From NCBI GenBank assembly GCA_023244895.1, contig JAHFLL010000001.1, positions 681,802 through 745,801 on the forward strand: 64,000 nt of DNA, written 5' to 3'. Made by a program: the position numbers and the translations under genes. The notes under the pieces are model-generated. The model saw only the letters and a list, made by a program, of their open reading frames with translations. It was not told where the DNA came from and made no database searches. Shown here piece by piece: positions 18,985-28,884 of this stretch (position 1 is its first letter; every line of letters starts with the position of its first letter). The stretch is from Candidatus Liptonbacteria bacterium (GTDB lineage Bacteria > Patescibacteriota > Minisyncoccia > UBA6257 > 2-01-FULL-56-20).

Positions 18985-19695
18985 ATGGACACCCTAGATT
19001 TCTCCGCGTTTCTGCGGGATAAAATGAAAGAGCACAATATGTCCTTGCGCCGTCTATCGGACGTAACCGGGATTTCAATCGCGCACTTGGAACTATTCCT
19101 GAAGGGAGATATGGACGACATGCCCGCCGCGCCTTATCTGCGCGGATACATATCGCACATCGCGGAGGCGCTGGAATTTGAGCCGGAAATCTGGTGGGAG
19201 TATTTCAAGCAAATCGGCGTTAAGTCCTCCGGCGGGAAAGACTCCTTACCCAAGAACCGTTTCGCGCCCAAGCCGGTCTCTAAACACATTTGGTGGATAG
19301 GAGCGCTAGTCTTAATTGCCGCCTATTTCGGCTTCCGCTTTACCGCCATTTTTGGCAAACCAATTCTTACCGTGGAATACCCGGCAAGTGAGATGATCCA
19401 AGTCGCGGAATCTTCCGTAATTCTGCGCGGGCAAATCAAATATGGCGATCAGGTATTCATAAATTCCGAATCCATTCCACTGGAAAATAATGCCTGGAAA
19501 AAAGAGGTGCCCCTCCAGCCCGGGCTCAATAGCTTTGAGATAAAGGCGACCAAGTTCTTGGGACGCGAGACGATCTCTCTGCGTCAGATTTTCTATGAGC
19601 CAACCCGGCAGGTAACCTCCACCACCCCGACCGAGAACGCCAGCACTACCCTACAAGACGGAATGAATAGCCAGCCGTCTTCTACGGAGGAATAA
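18985..19695 (+). CDS. RodZ-like HTH membrane protein
   Basis: XRE-like HTH with PYLRGYI motif, single TM, C-terminal Ig-like domain; located between ftsK and recA. Confidence 0.7.
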   Translation: MDTLDFSAFLRDKMKEHNMSLRRLSDVTGISIAHLELFLKGDMDDMPAAPYLRGYISHIAEALEFEPEIWWEYFKQIGVKSSGGKDSLPKNRFAPKPVSKHIWWIGALVLIAAYFGFRFTAIFGKPILTVEYPASEMIQVAESSVILRGQIKYGDQVFINSESIPLENNAWKKEVPLQPGLNSFEIKATKFLGRETISLRQIFYEPTRQVTSTTPTENASTTLQDGMNSQPSSTEE

Positions 19696-19738
19696 CTGAT
19701 CTGGGGCGTAGCGTTTCTTAATACAATTATTCTTATAT

Positions 19739-19775
19739 AATTCGGGGTATTCGGATGCGATTTGTAGTATTCGTG
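19739..19775. repeat. ATTCGG ~9-nt-period repeat element, near-identical to 25021-25056
   Basis: aattcggggtattcggatgcgatttgtagtattcg versus aattcggggcattcggatggaatttgtagtattcg. Confidence 0.8.
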
Positions 19776-19866
19776 TTGTATATATAAATTTTTGCTCTTT
19801 CCCCTGCCCCGTTCTAGAATTAGGCTATAAATATAAAAGTCTATAAACATATATAAAGATATAAAT

Positions 19867-20913
19867 ATGCCTCCTGCAAAAAAAGCCAAACCAGTCGAAG
19901 AAAAAAATGAATTAAAAGACCTACTTTCTTCGCTTCAAGAAAAATTCGGAGAAGGCGCGGTCATGACCCTGGGAGACACCAGAAAGGTGGACGTGGCGGT
20001 TATTCCGACCGGTTCCTTCTCCCTGGACTTGGCGTTGGGCGTAGGCGGAATTCCCCGTGGACGCGTGATTGAGGTGTTTGGTCCGGAATCAAGCGGGAAG
20101 ACTACGCTCGCGCTCCACGTGGTAGCACAAGCCCAAAAGCAAGGTGGTAAGGCCGCATTCATTGACGCGGAGCACGCCCTCGACCCGGAATATGCCGCTC
20201 GTATCGGCGTAAAGATAAACGAACTCCTTATCTCCCAACCGGACAACGGCGAAGAGGCTCTAAATATTCTGGAAAGCTTGGTGCGCTCAGAGATTATCTC
20301 AGTAGTGGTGGTGGATTCAGTCGCGGCGCTTACGCCCCGCGCGGAGATTGAGGGTGAAATGGGCGCACAGTTTATCGGACTGCAGGCTAGAATGATGTCG
20401 CAAGCCCTCCGCAAATTGACCGCTATCGCGGCCAAGAGTCAGACCACCATAATCTTCATCAACCAGATCCGCATGCAGGTCGGCGTATTCTTCGGCAATC
20501 CCGAGACCACCCCGGGCGGAAAAGCTCTCAAATTCTACGCTTCGGTACGCATTGATGTGCGTCGTACTGCCCAAATAAAGAAAGGTGAGGAAGTTTACGG
20601 CAACCGCATTAAGGCCAAGGTGGTTAAAAATAAAGTCGCTCCCCCATTCCGGGTGGCGGAGTTTGATATCTTGTACGGTTCCGGAATTTCTTACGAAGCA
20701 GATGTTCTAAACGCGGGGGTGAAATATGGCGTGATAGCCAAGTCCGGCGCGAGTTTCAGCATGGATGGCGAAAAGATTGGCAATGGCTTTGATAACACCC
20801 GTCTTAAATTGAAAGAGGACAAGAAACTCTTGAACACGATTAAGGCAAAGGTGCGAGAGGCTATCAAAAATAATCAGTCGGCCATAGTAGAGGCGGAGCC
20901 GGAAAAGGAATAG
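19867..20913 (+). CDS. recA: Recombinase RecA
   Basis: [37 protein letters not shown]. Confidence 0.98.
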   Translation: MPPAKKAKPVEEKNELKDLLSSLQEKFGEGAVMTLGDTRKVDVAVIPTGSFSLDLALGVGGIPRGRVIEVFGPESSGKTTLALHVVAQAQKQGGKAAFIDAEHALDPEYAARIGVKINELLISQPDNGEEALNILESLVRSEIISVVVVDSVAALTPRAEIEGEMGAQFIGLQARMMSQALRKLTAIAAKSQTTIIFINQIRMQVGVFFGNPETTPGGKALKFYASVRIDVRRTAQIKKGEEVYGNRIKAKVVKNKVAPPFRVAEFDILYGSGISYEADVLNAGVKYGVIAKSGASFSMDGEKIGNGFDNTRLKLKEDKKLLNTIKAKVREAIKNNQSAIVEAEPEKE

Positions 20914-20955
20914 CGAGCTAGAAGCTGGAAGTTAGAAGTTAGTAGATGATACAAA

Positions 20956-20984
20956 TCAAAAATCCCGCACTGCGGGATTTTTGA
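20956..20984. terminator. Bidirectional intrinsic terminator between convergent genes
   Basis: TCAAAAATCCCGCA-c-TGCGGGATTTTTGA. Confidence 0.85.
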
Positions 20985-21064
20985 CTCAAGTGTTTTCTAT
21001 ATTTTAAATCCTCCCCTGCACCATTCTTAATTCTAACTTCTACATTCTACCTTCCAACTTCTAC

Positions 21065-22102
21065 TCACAGCCTCCTACCCGCCTCCTCAAAGGACTCGAG
21101 CGATGTGCTAATCAAAAAGTATTGGCTGTTTACCCAGCCATACACCAAGCGCGCGCCGGGATTGCTATAAGTCAAAACCCTAGCCGACTCGCCATAGACT
21201 TGCTTGCTCTCAAACTGAGTCACTTCCGACCCCGGGTCAAGGAAAAATAGTTTTTTGAGTTCGGAGGATTTCTCTTCCATATTCCTTAAATCCACATCCG
21301 CCAGAATCTTGGTTTGCCCCTCCTTTAACTTCAAGACATAAACCGGCCAAGCGCCTCGCTCGTCCCAGCGTACAAATAGATTAAAACCCTGCTCAAAGTA
21401 CCCTTGCCATAGTCTTTCTTCCAAGAGAGAAGCTTCCGCCATTTTCAAATACGATGCCCAAGAGAGGGCGTGCCCTTCCGAGTTCTTAACGACAACCTCC
21501 GTGAAACGGCTTAGCGCGGAAGTCGCATTGTTCTCCCCCGCCGAACCCACCACCGCATCCACCAATCCTAATTTAGTGGCATTATCCGTTAAAATTATCT
21601 CGTACTTCCCATCCGTGGGAAATTTAGCAAAACTCTTATAGCCCAAGAATGTGGGCGCGGTAACGGGCGGAAGCGATGGCGCGTTGGTACTGCTAGCGTT
21701 GTTGACCGTCGCAGGCGGCGGAGTCGGCTTAGCCGTAAGTTTCGGTATCAGAAAATATCCTCCCGCGAAAAGTAGCCCTGCAATGCCTATACCCACAAGC
21801 ACCCAAAGCCAAGCGACATAGCTCTTATTGGGCATCACATCCGACACGTCTCCTTGAAACGGAGCTCCCGTCGCTTGCGACCTCACCTCCACCTGTGGAG
21901 CGGAAAAAGTAAGATTACCGAAGGCGTTGGCCTGTCCGCCCATCTGCTCAATATCGGACTGCATAGTCCTTATCTCTATTTCCGCATTAATCCCCGGGGA
22001 GGGTGGCGGGAAATTTTGACCAGGAGTTCTGTTCTGCGCGCCCGGAACTTGATTCTGACCGGAACCGCTTGCGTATGGTGATTGATTGAAAATCTGACTC
22101 AT
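21065..22102 (-). CDS. Single-pass membrane protein of unknown function
   Basis: Low-complexity N-terminus with IRTMQSDI motif, one TM segment, Pro-rich linker, extracellular domain. Confidence 0.7.
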   Translation of the reverse strand: MSQIFNQSPYASGSGQNQVPGAQNRTPGQNFPPPSPGINAEIEIRTMQSDIEQMGGQANAFGNLTFSAPQVEVRSQATGAPFQGDVSDVMPNKSYVAWLWVLVGIGIAGLLFAGGYFLIPKLTAKPTPPPATVNNASSTNAPSLPPVTAPTFLGYKSFAKFPTDGKYEIILTDNATKLGLVDAVVGSAGENNATSALSRFTEVVVKNSEGHALSWASYLKMAEASLLEERLWQGYFEQGFNLFVRWDERGAWPVYVLKLKEGQTKILADVDLRNMEEKSSELKKLFFLDPGSEVTQFESKQVYGESARVLTYSNPGARLVYGWVNSQYFLISTSLESFEEAGRRL

Positions 22103-22198
22103 AACTTTGATATTTTAACACACAAAACCAAAATCCCGCGCTGGGCGGTATCTTGGCTAAGATCTTTTTACTAAGTCCTAATGACTAGGTTCTATGTC

Positions 22199-24307
22199 TT
22201 ATTTCTGCTCCTCCATCTGCTTCAAAGACAAACCAATCTTACCCTCCTCCACCTTGATGATTTTGGCGGTGACAATATCTCCTAGATGGACTACCTCCGT
22301 CACGGTTTTAACAAAACCGTTCTTAAGCTCGGAAACGTGAATCATGCCGTCCTGCCCCCCGCCCAAATCCACTATCGCTCCGAAGTCCATAATGCGCACC
22401 ACCTTGCCAGTTACAACCTCCCCGATCGTAAACTCCCGAGTCATGGAACGGATCTGGCTGGCCGCCTCCTCTGCCTTACTTCTATCAATAGCGGCGATAA
22501 AGATACTGCCGTCTTCTTCTATGTCAATCGTGGTTAGTCCCAAATCGCGAATCATGCCGTTTATCATCTTGCCACCCGGTCCGATAACCATTCCGATTTT
22601 CTCCGGATTTATCTTGAGCTGAATAATCGTCGGCGCGTACACGGAAAGCTGTTTGCGAGGCTCGGGAATAACGGAGTTAATGACTCCCAGAATTTCCAGG
22701 CGGGCATCCTTGGCCTGCTTCATAGTCTGCTCAATTATCTGCTTGGTTAAACCAAACACCTTCACATCCAGCTGAATAGCGGTAATACCGTCTTTGGTGC
22801 CCGCCACCTTAAAGTCCATATCACCATAATGATCTTCCGGTCCCTGTAGGTCGGTTAGCACTCGGAAATTATCTCCCGACTCGTCCATCATGAGACCCAT
22901 CGCGATACCGGCCACTGGCTTCTTTAAAGGCACGCCAGCGTCCAGGAGCGACATGGTGGTCGCGCAAACTGTCGCCATAGAAGAAGATCCGTTTGAGGAC
23001 AGAATTTCGGTGACCACGCGGATGGTGTATGGGAATTGTTCCACGCCCGGGATCAGGGGCTTCAGGGCCTTCTCTGCCAAGGCGCCATGCCCAATTTCCC
23101 GCCTGCCCGGACCGCGGAAGTTACCAGTCTCCCCCACGGAATAGGGCGGGAAGTTGTAGTGCAACATAAATCTGCGCTTGGTGTTCGTCTCCATAGTCTC
23201 AATCAACTGCTCCGCGCCTGGTGCGGCCAAAGTCGTAACCGCAAGCGCCTGGGTGTTGCCTCTCACAAACAGAGCGGAGCCGTGAGTGCGCGAGAAAAGT
23301 CCTACCTCGCCGTAAAGCGGGCGAATCTCGGTTATCTTGCGCCCATCCACGCGCCGGTCTTTAGCGATAGCTTCCTTATGCGCTAAAGCATCTATCATTT
23401 CTTCCATAATGAAGTCCGCTGCTACCATATCCGGTTTTTCCAACTTCTCCGCAAGGTGCGCCCCGAGCTGTTCCTTTAGCTCGTTTAAGCGACGGGTATG
23501 TTCCATTTTATTGGACTGGAAAACAGCCTCTTCTAAACGAGGCGCCAAAAACTCCTCTACCGCGGAGCGCAACTCCGGTGCCGGTTCATAAACCTTGACC
23601 TGCACTTTAGGCTTGCCGATTTCCGCGATAATTTTGGATTGAAAATCAATCAGTTTGTTTATCTCTGTTTGCGCGAGCTCAAAAGCGTGCATTACGTCCG
23701 CCTCCTGCGCCTCCATACCGGAAAGCTCTATCATACTGATGCGGTCTTTGGGTCCGGCCGCGAAAGTTTCAAATACAAAATCTTTTTCGGCGAGGCGAGA
23801 GTTGTTAGGGTTGACCACAAAGTCGTTCCCTATTTTAGCCACGCGCACTCCACCCACAGGACCGGCCCAAGGAATATCGGAAGTGCCGAGCGCGGTAGAA
23901 GCCGCGACGAGACCGATGAAATCAGGGTCATTCTCCTCGTCTATCGCGAGCACGGTTACCACCACTTGCATATCCCGGCGAATACGTTGGTCAAAAAGCG
24001 GACGCAGCGTGCGGTCTATTAGGCGACCGGAAAGGACCGCGTCTTCCGAAGACCTGCCCTCTCTGCGCACGTAACGGCTACCCAAGATTTTGCCCGCCGC
24101 GTAAAATCTTTCTTCGTAATCCACCTTGAGCGGCAGATAGTTGGCGGTAGACTCAAAGGGAGCCATAACCGCGGTTGCCAAAACTACCGTCTCGCCATAC
24201 TTGGCAAGCACCGCCGAGTTCGCCTGCTCCGCCATTATGGAGAACTCCAGAGAGAAGGTCTTACCTCCTATCTCGGTTGTAAACTTCTTTTTATTCATTT
24301 CTTTCAT
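22199..24307 (-). CDS. pnp: Polyribonucleotide nucleotidyltransferase
   Basis: Two RNase PH domains (RREIGHGALA, SNGSSSMA, EDHYGDMDFKVAGT), KH and S1 domains. Confidence 0.97.
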   Translation of the reverse strand: MKEMNKKKFTTEIGGKTFSLEFSIMAEQANSAVLAKYGETVVLATAVMAPFESTANYLPLKVDYEERFYAAGKILGSRYVRREGRSSEDAVLSGRLIDRTLRPLFDQRIRRDMQVVVTVLAIDEENDPDFIGLVAASTALGTSDIPWAGPVGGVRVAKIGNDFVVNPNNSRLAEKDFVFETFAAGPKDRISMIELSGMEAQEADVMHAFELAQTEINKLIDFQSKIIAEIGKPKVQVKVYEPAPELRSAVEEFLAPRLEEAVFQSNKMEHTRRLNELKEQLGAHLAEKLEKPDMVAADFIMEEMIDALAHKEAIAKDRRVDGRKITEIRPLYGEVGLFSRTHGSALFVRGNTQALAVTTLAAPGAEQLIETMETNTKRRFMLHYNFPPYSVGETGNFRGPGRREIGHGALAEKALKPLIPGVEQFPYTIRVVTEILSSNGSSSMATVCATTMSLLDAGVPLKKPVAGIAMGLMMDESGDNFRVLTDLQGPEDHYGDMDFKVAGTKDGITAIQLDVKVFGLTKQIIEQTMKQAKDARLEILGVINSVIPEPRKQLSVYAPTIIQLKINPEKIGMVIGPGGKMINGMIRDLGLTTIDIEEDGSIFIAAIDRSKAEEAASQIRSMTREFTIGEVVTGKVVRIMDFGAIVDLGGGQDGMIHVSELKNGFVKTVTEVVHLGDIVTAKIIKVEEGKIGLSLKQMEEQK

Positions 24308-24409
24308 GTTTTTGTTTTTATTTTTTGTTATTTATGAGCTCAAATTAAAAAAGCCTATGCGGCATTACTTGATTTTAACTCGTTTTTATTTGGTTTTTAT
24401 GACTTTTTA

Positions 24410-24997
24410 TTAGCGTCTTAAAATTATCCTGGGTATCGACTCCAAGTTAATAAATTTGTCCACCGCTTCCTGCAATTTGGAAGAAGTACTGCGGTGAAAC
24501 CCAGCCACCTCCACTCTGCGTCCGCGGCCATGCTTCAAATATTCCACGAGTGGTATGTAATCTCCGTCTCCAGTTACAAGTATAATAACGTCCAGAAAAT
24601 CACACATACGGATGGCGTCTACCGCCAAGCCCACATCCCAATCTCCTTTCTTTAGGCCATCGCCGTAAACCTGCAGGTCTTTAACCCGCAATTCCAATCC
24701 GGATTTCTCCAGAGCGTCAAAGAAAGCGCTTTCGGTAGAGAGCCCCTTTTGGCGCTGATTTACAACCTGCTCTAGGGGATGTACAGAGGCCTCCACTCCT
24801 TCGCTTTTGATAACGTAAGCCATAGCACGAATAAGCTGGCGGGGGCCAACCAAGTGCTTCATCATCTCCGCGTAGTTAACCCGGCCATGGTAGATGTTCT
24901 TGGCGGAATGATACAGATTGGAAACGTCCACAAATATACCAACTCTCTGATTGGGCAGATAGTCGGATTGTGGGCGCACTTTACGTTCGGGAATCAT
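24410..24997 (-). CDS. NYN domain (LabA/DUF88, PIN-like) protein
   Basis: IFVDVSNLY, KGDWDVGLAVD, LVTGDGDYIPL. Confidence 0.88.
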   Translation of the reverse strand: MIPERKVRPQSDYLPNQRVGIFVDVSNLYHSAKNIYHGRVNYAEMMKHLVGPRQLIRAMAYVIKSEGVEASVHPLEQVVNQRQKGLSTESAFFDALEKSGLELRVKDLQVYGDGLKKGDWDVGLAVDAIRMCDFLDVIILVTGDGDYIPLVEYLKHGRGRRVEVAGFHRSTSSKLQEAVDKFINLESIPRIILRR

Positions 24998-25062
24998 CTA
25001 ATAGTTATCTTCTTTGCCCTAATTCGGGGCATTCGGATGGAATTTGTAGTATTCGGGTCGCT

Positions 25063-25329
25063 TTACTTCTTCAAATCCAGCTTCTTGATCAGCTTTTCAT
25101 AATCCGCCGGCTTCTTCTTGCGTAAGTAGTCTAAAAGCTTTCTGCGCTGGCTGACCATCTTCAAAAGTCCCCGACGGGAGTGATTATCCTTGGGGTTTTT
25201 CTTGAGATGCTTACTTAACTCCTCTATCTGACGGGTAAGTGTGGCAACCTGCACGTTGGCCGAGCCAGTATCTTTGTCGTGGACTCCGTGTTCCGAAGAA
25301 ATTTTTGTTTTTACTCTTTTAGTTAACAT
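25063..25329 (-). CDS. rpsO: 30S ribosomal protein S15
   Basis: [39 protein letters not shown]; upstream of pnp; promoter TTGCAA-N17-TATTCT 7 nt before the ATG. Confidence 0.96.
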   Translation of the reverse strand: MLTKRVKTKISSEHGVHDKDTGSANVQVATLTRQIEELSKHLKKNPKDNHSRRGLLKMVSQRRKLLDYLRKKKPADYEKLIKKLDLKK

Positions 25330-25395
25330 TGACATAAGAATAACACCTTTTCGTATATATTGCAAATAAGACCCAGTCAGATCATCAGCCAAGGC

Positions 25396-25439
25396 ATTTA
25401 TCCACGAGAATAGACGATCGTCTTTTTTTGTGGATAAAT
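25396..25439. repeat. Imperfect palindrome TCCACG-N7-ACGATCGT-N7-TGTGGA
   Basis: Visible dyad centred at 25417/25418. Confidence 0.85.
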
Positions 25440-25506
25440 TGGCCCTGGTCTATTAATCTTTAGAAACGACTGTGGCCGGGGTGCGCTGATGCACCTCGGC
25501 CACGGA

Positions 25507-25770
25507 CTAGTCCCCTGGAGAGCGGGACCATGTGTCCCAAGCTGACGAGAAGAGCATCACGCCAGCCACGAGCAGACCCGCGACGCAGATACCCTTCGTC
25601 GGGGCAAGGGGCACGAGCAACCACGAGGCGGCCGCGAAGACCAGCCTCCAGGCAGCCTTCTTCGGGGTCGGAACCTTCGGCCTCATTATCCCTCCGAGGG
25701 AGCCCGCTTCGGCAGTCGCCCATGCGAAGGCTCCTACCGTTCCCAACAGCACCAACTCGCAAACCATCAT
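25507..25770 (-). CDS. GC-rich orphan small membrane protein
   Basis: About 3 hydrophobic segments; AAGGAGGT SD; promoter TTGCCA-N17-TATAAT at 25789-25817. Confidence 0.65.
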   Translation of the reverse strand: MMVCELVLLGTVGAFAWATAEAGSLGGIMRPKVPTPKKAAWRLVFAAASWLLVPLAPTKGICVAGLLVAGVMLFSSAWDTWSRSPGD

Positions 25771-25895
25771 GTCTGACCTCCTTTTTTAATTATAACATAT
25801 TATCCATACATTGGCAAATACAACCAAGATTGGCAATAGAAACATTAATAATGTACATATCTGTCGCAAAATAAAATTGTGGTAGAATGGGGTTA

Positions 25896-26804
25896 ATGTC
25901 TAATCTGAAGGAGCTGGTACAAGATTATCTGAACTACCTGGAGATAGAAAAGGGGCGCTCCCCTCGCACCCGCGAGAACTACGAGCACTATCTCGCGGAC
26001 TTTATGGCCTACGCCAAAATCTCCTCCCCCAAAGACATTACCGACCGCCTGGTGCGCGAATATCGCTTGAATCTCGCACGGCGGGATATCAAAAAAATCA
26101 GCCAGAACTACTACACCATCGCTCTGCGCAACTTTCTAAAATATCTGGCACGGCGGGACGTTGTCTCTCTCCAGCCGGATAAAATTGAGCTGGCGAAAGT
26201 TTCCCGCGCGCAAATAGAAATATTGGAATATCAGGATTTAGAAAGGCTGCTCCAGGCGCCCCAGGGCGGAGACTTGCGCTCTCTGCGGGATAAGGCGATT
26301 TTGGAAATGCTTTTTTCAACCGGCCTGCGCTTGGCGGAACTGTGCTCTCTGGAGCGATATCTGAATTTGGAGCGGGGAGAATTTACGGTGCGGGGCAAGG
26401 GCGATAAGTTGCGGGTGGTTTTCTTATCCGACCGCGCCAAAAAAGCTATTAAGCAATACCTGGACAAGCGCACCGACGCGGAGCCGTATCTCTTCGTGAG
26501 TCTTTCTAAAATTGCCAAGGGCTCCAAAAAGGAGCCGAAGGTGCTGGGCAGAATAACCCCCCGGGCGGTGGAGCGGGCGGTGGAGCACTGGTCCAAGGTG
26601 GCGGGCATTCCCAAGCATATTCATCCCCACCAGCTACGACACAGCTTCGCGACCGATCTTTTAATGAACGGGGCGGACCTACGCTCCGTGCAAGAGCTCC
26701 TGGGTCATGCCAATATTTCTACTACTCAAATCTACACCCATCTAACCAACAAGGAACTTAAAGAGATCCACGAGGCCTTCCATGGCCAAAGGAGGAAGAA
26801 GTAA
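25896..26804 (+). CDS. xerC: XerC/XerD-type tyrosine recombinase
   Basis: N-terminal SAM-like domain; RDKAILEMLFSTGLRLAEL; HPHQLRHSFATDLL; LLGHANISTTQIYTH; start at 25896 lies 7 nt after TGgTAGAAT. Confidence 0.85.
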   Translation: MSNLKELVQDYLNYLEIEKGRSPRTRENYEHYLADFMAYAKISSPKDITDRLVREYRLNLARRDIKKISQNYYTIALRNFLKYLARRDVVSLQPDKIELAKVSRAQIEILEYQDLERLLQAPQGGDLRSLRDKAILEMLFSTGLRLAELCSLERYLNLERGEFTVRGKGDKLRVVFLSDRAKKAIKQYLDKRTDAEPYLFVSLSKIAKGSKKEPKVLGRITPRAVERAVEHWSKVAGIPKHIHPHQLRHSFATDLLMNGADLRSVQELLGHANISTTQIYTHLTNKELKEIHEAFHGQRRKK

Positions 26805-26842
26805 GTAGTGCTCTTAAAATCCATAAAATCCACTCGCTCGGT

Positions 26843-26884
26843 CTACTCCACGATAATTAACGATCGTTAATTATCGTGGAGTAG
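26843..26884. repeat. Perfect 42-bp palindrome
   Basis: CTACTCCACGATAATTAACGATCGTTAATTATCGTGGAGTAG. Confidence 0.95.
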
Positions 26885-26922
26885 CGGGAAACCGCTCTCA
26901 TCTGCCTAGTTTTGTACGAATT

Positions 26923-27747
26923 TTAATTTCTAAGCCAACCCTTAAGATTAATAACCTCCACCACCCTCCCTAAAACATCCGATTCCTTGATCGGACCAAA
27001 TTCCCGGGAATCATAAGATGAGTCCATATTGTCGCCCATCATAAAATATTCTTTGTCCTTTAGGTTGACTACGAGCCCTTCCGGGTAGGTGCCATGATAG
27101 AATCTGTTCTTTACGGCTTGACCATTCACGAGCATCTCCCCATCCTTAATCTCCAGGGTTTCGTTCGGTAGCGCCACTACTCTTTTAGCCAGGCGCGTGC
27201 CCGGACTTTCTTCTATGGAAAATATTAATACGTCTTCCCTCTCTATCTTCCCGCCCGCCCGACTGGTTAAGAGATAATCTCCAGACAGATAGGCAGGTTG
27301 CATGGAGTTGCCGCTCATTAGATAGGGCTCGTAGGGATATAGTTTTTTTGCTATAAACGCAGTGGGAACGGATATCAAATTCCCGATTATTATAAATGTC
27401 ATAAAAATCAGGAAACTTTTCCCGAAACTGATGGGGCTGACCCTATTAATAAAAAAGTGGACCGTATAAGTGGCCAGGATCAGACCTATTACCAGTATTC
27501 CCAAATAGGTTACTACCACAAGACCCATGTTTACCCGCGAATCTCCCGAAATGTCGAACCCGCCAGAAAGGCTTATTAAAACCAAAAGTACCGTTGATAG
27601 AATGAGCAGTAAAAATACCGTGCCGAGCGACCTCTTCCAGGAAACATCCTCTATCCCAAATAATCGCACCACAAAATAAAAGACGGCCACTTCTATGATT
27701 AGGAGGCCCCCGGCGGTCAAAAACATATAGAACATCTGCGCGAGCAC
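26923..27747 (-). CDS. lepB: Signal peptidase I with extended N-terminal 4-TM domain
   Basis: SGNSMQP, LAKRVVALP, MGDNMDSSYDSREFG. Confidence 0.85.
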   Translation of the reverse strand: MLAQMFYMFLTAGGLLIIEVAVFYFVVRLFGIEDVSWKRSLGTVFLLLILSTVLLVLISLSGGFDISGDSRVNMGLVVVTYLGILVIGLILATYTVHFFINRVSPISFGKSFLIFMTFIIIGNLISVPTAFIAKKLYPYEPYLMSGNSMQPAYLSGDYLLTSRAGGKIEREDVLIFSIEESPGTRLAKRVVALPNETLEIKDGEMLVNGQAVKNRFYHGTYPEGLVVNLKDKEYFMMGDNMDSSYDSREFGPIKESDVLGRVVEVINLKGWLRN

Positions 27748-27853
27748 GGCACCATACTATTCCCAAAGTGAAATAAATTCAATCCTCGCGCGGCATATAT
27801 GCTGATAAGGCTGCCTTCTTCCGATTTTACGGAAATTGTGGCATATTAAATAT

Positions 27854-28840
27854 ATGGAACAAACAAATAATATAGAGTCTAAAAAAGCGGGGCCGAAAGA
27901 CGTGTTGTCTCATCTTTTCGGTATAGTGCTCCTATATATAAGCACTATCAGCTTCGGTACTTTAGCCTTTCAAATAATAAACATAATCTTCCCGGACCAA
28001 ATAAACTACCTTTCCGCTCAGGGCCTACGAGAAGCGGTCCGCTGGCCAGTCGCGATTCTGACACTCGCCTTCCCGGCCTACCTCATAATAATGTCCTGGC
28101 TCCAGCGCGACCTGATGCGCAATCCCGAAAAGCGCGAAATCAGAACCCGCAAGTGGCTGATTTACATCACTCTCTTTATCACCGCACTCGTAATCTTGGT
28201 TGATCTAATCACGCTTATTTATCGCTTCTTAGGTGGAGAACTACCCACGCCCTTCCTACTCAAGGTTCTGACTGTTCTGGTTCTCGCCATACTAGTTTTC
28301 TTCTACCACCTCTGGATATTGAAAAACGACAGGCCCGCGCTCAAAGATCCTAAAATGAAGTGGTTCGTCTACGCGGTTATCGTCTTAGGGTTGGGACTCA
28401 TAGTCTCCGGCTACTACTTCGCGGGCGCGCCCAAGACGGAGCGAATGCGCAAACTGGACGAGCAAAGAGTAAGTGACCTGCAATCTCTGCAATACAGCAT
28501 TCAGTATTACTGGCAGGCCAAACAAAAGTTGCCGACCGCGCTTATAGACCTGAAAGATGATATGAGAGGCACGGTTGTTCCGAGCGACCCGGAAACTAAA
28601 ATGGCATATGAATATCAGGCGACTGGCACGAAAGATTTCAAGCTGTGCGCCACCTTCAAGGCCTCCAATGAGGAGGATGTAGCTTCCTGCCAAGTTAGAG
28701 CCTACTGCCCGGAAACGTATAGCCCCATCTGGGCGCACCCCGCAGAGAAAACCTGCTTTACTCGCACGATTGACCCCGACCTCTATCCTCCACTCAAAGA
28801 TGGATCTACTGTACCCACTAAGCCAATACCGGCACCCTAG
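27854..28840 (+). CDS. DUF5671-like membrane protein with C-terminal pilin/GspG-like domain
   Basis: RKWLIYITLFI and FLGGEL..FLLKV TM motifs; DEQRVSDLQSLQYSIQYYW...KLP..L..L...DPET...YEY. Confidence 0.65.
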   Translation: MEQTNNIESKKAGPKDVLSHLFGIVLLYISTISFGTLAFQIINIIFPDQINYLSAQGLREAVRWPVAILTLAFPAYLIIMSWLQRDLMRNPEKREIRTRKWLIYITLFITALVILVDLITLIYRFLGGELPTPFLLKVLTVLVLAILVFFYHLWILKNDRPALKDPKMKWFVYAVIVLGLGLIVSGYYFAGAPKTERMRKLDEQRVSDLQSLQYSIQYYWQAKQKLPTALIDLKDDMRGTVVPSDPETKMAYEYQATGTKDFKLCATFKASNEEDVASCQVRAYCPETYSPIWAHPAEKTCFTRTIDPDLYPPLKDGSTVPTKPIPAP

Positions 28841-28846
28841 CCCTCT

Positions 28847-28880
28847 AATCAAAAACGCCCCCACCGGGGCGTTTTTGATT
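28847..28880. terminator. Bidirectional intrinsic terminator
   Basis: AATCAAAAACGCCCC-cacc-GGGGCGTTTTTGATT. Confidence 0.88.
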
Positions 28881-28884
28881 TAGA

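Noticed and set aside
25398-25437. DnaA boxes (TTATCCACG / TGTGGATAA) suggesting oriC
   Set aside because: Only two boxes, both explained as arms of the palindrome shared with 26847-26880; no dnaA/dnaN nearby and no strand switch.
25840-25870. Possible dif site (ATAA-TGTACA-TAT) next to the Xer recombinase
   Set aside because: The right arm does not match the XerD-type TTATGTTAAA arm, and gene strand bias does not switch here.
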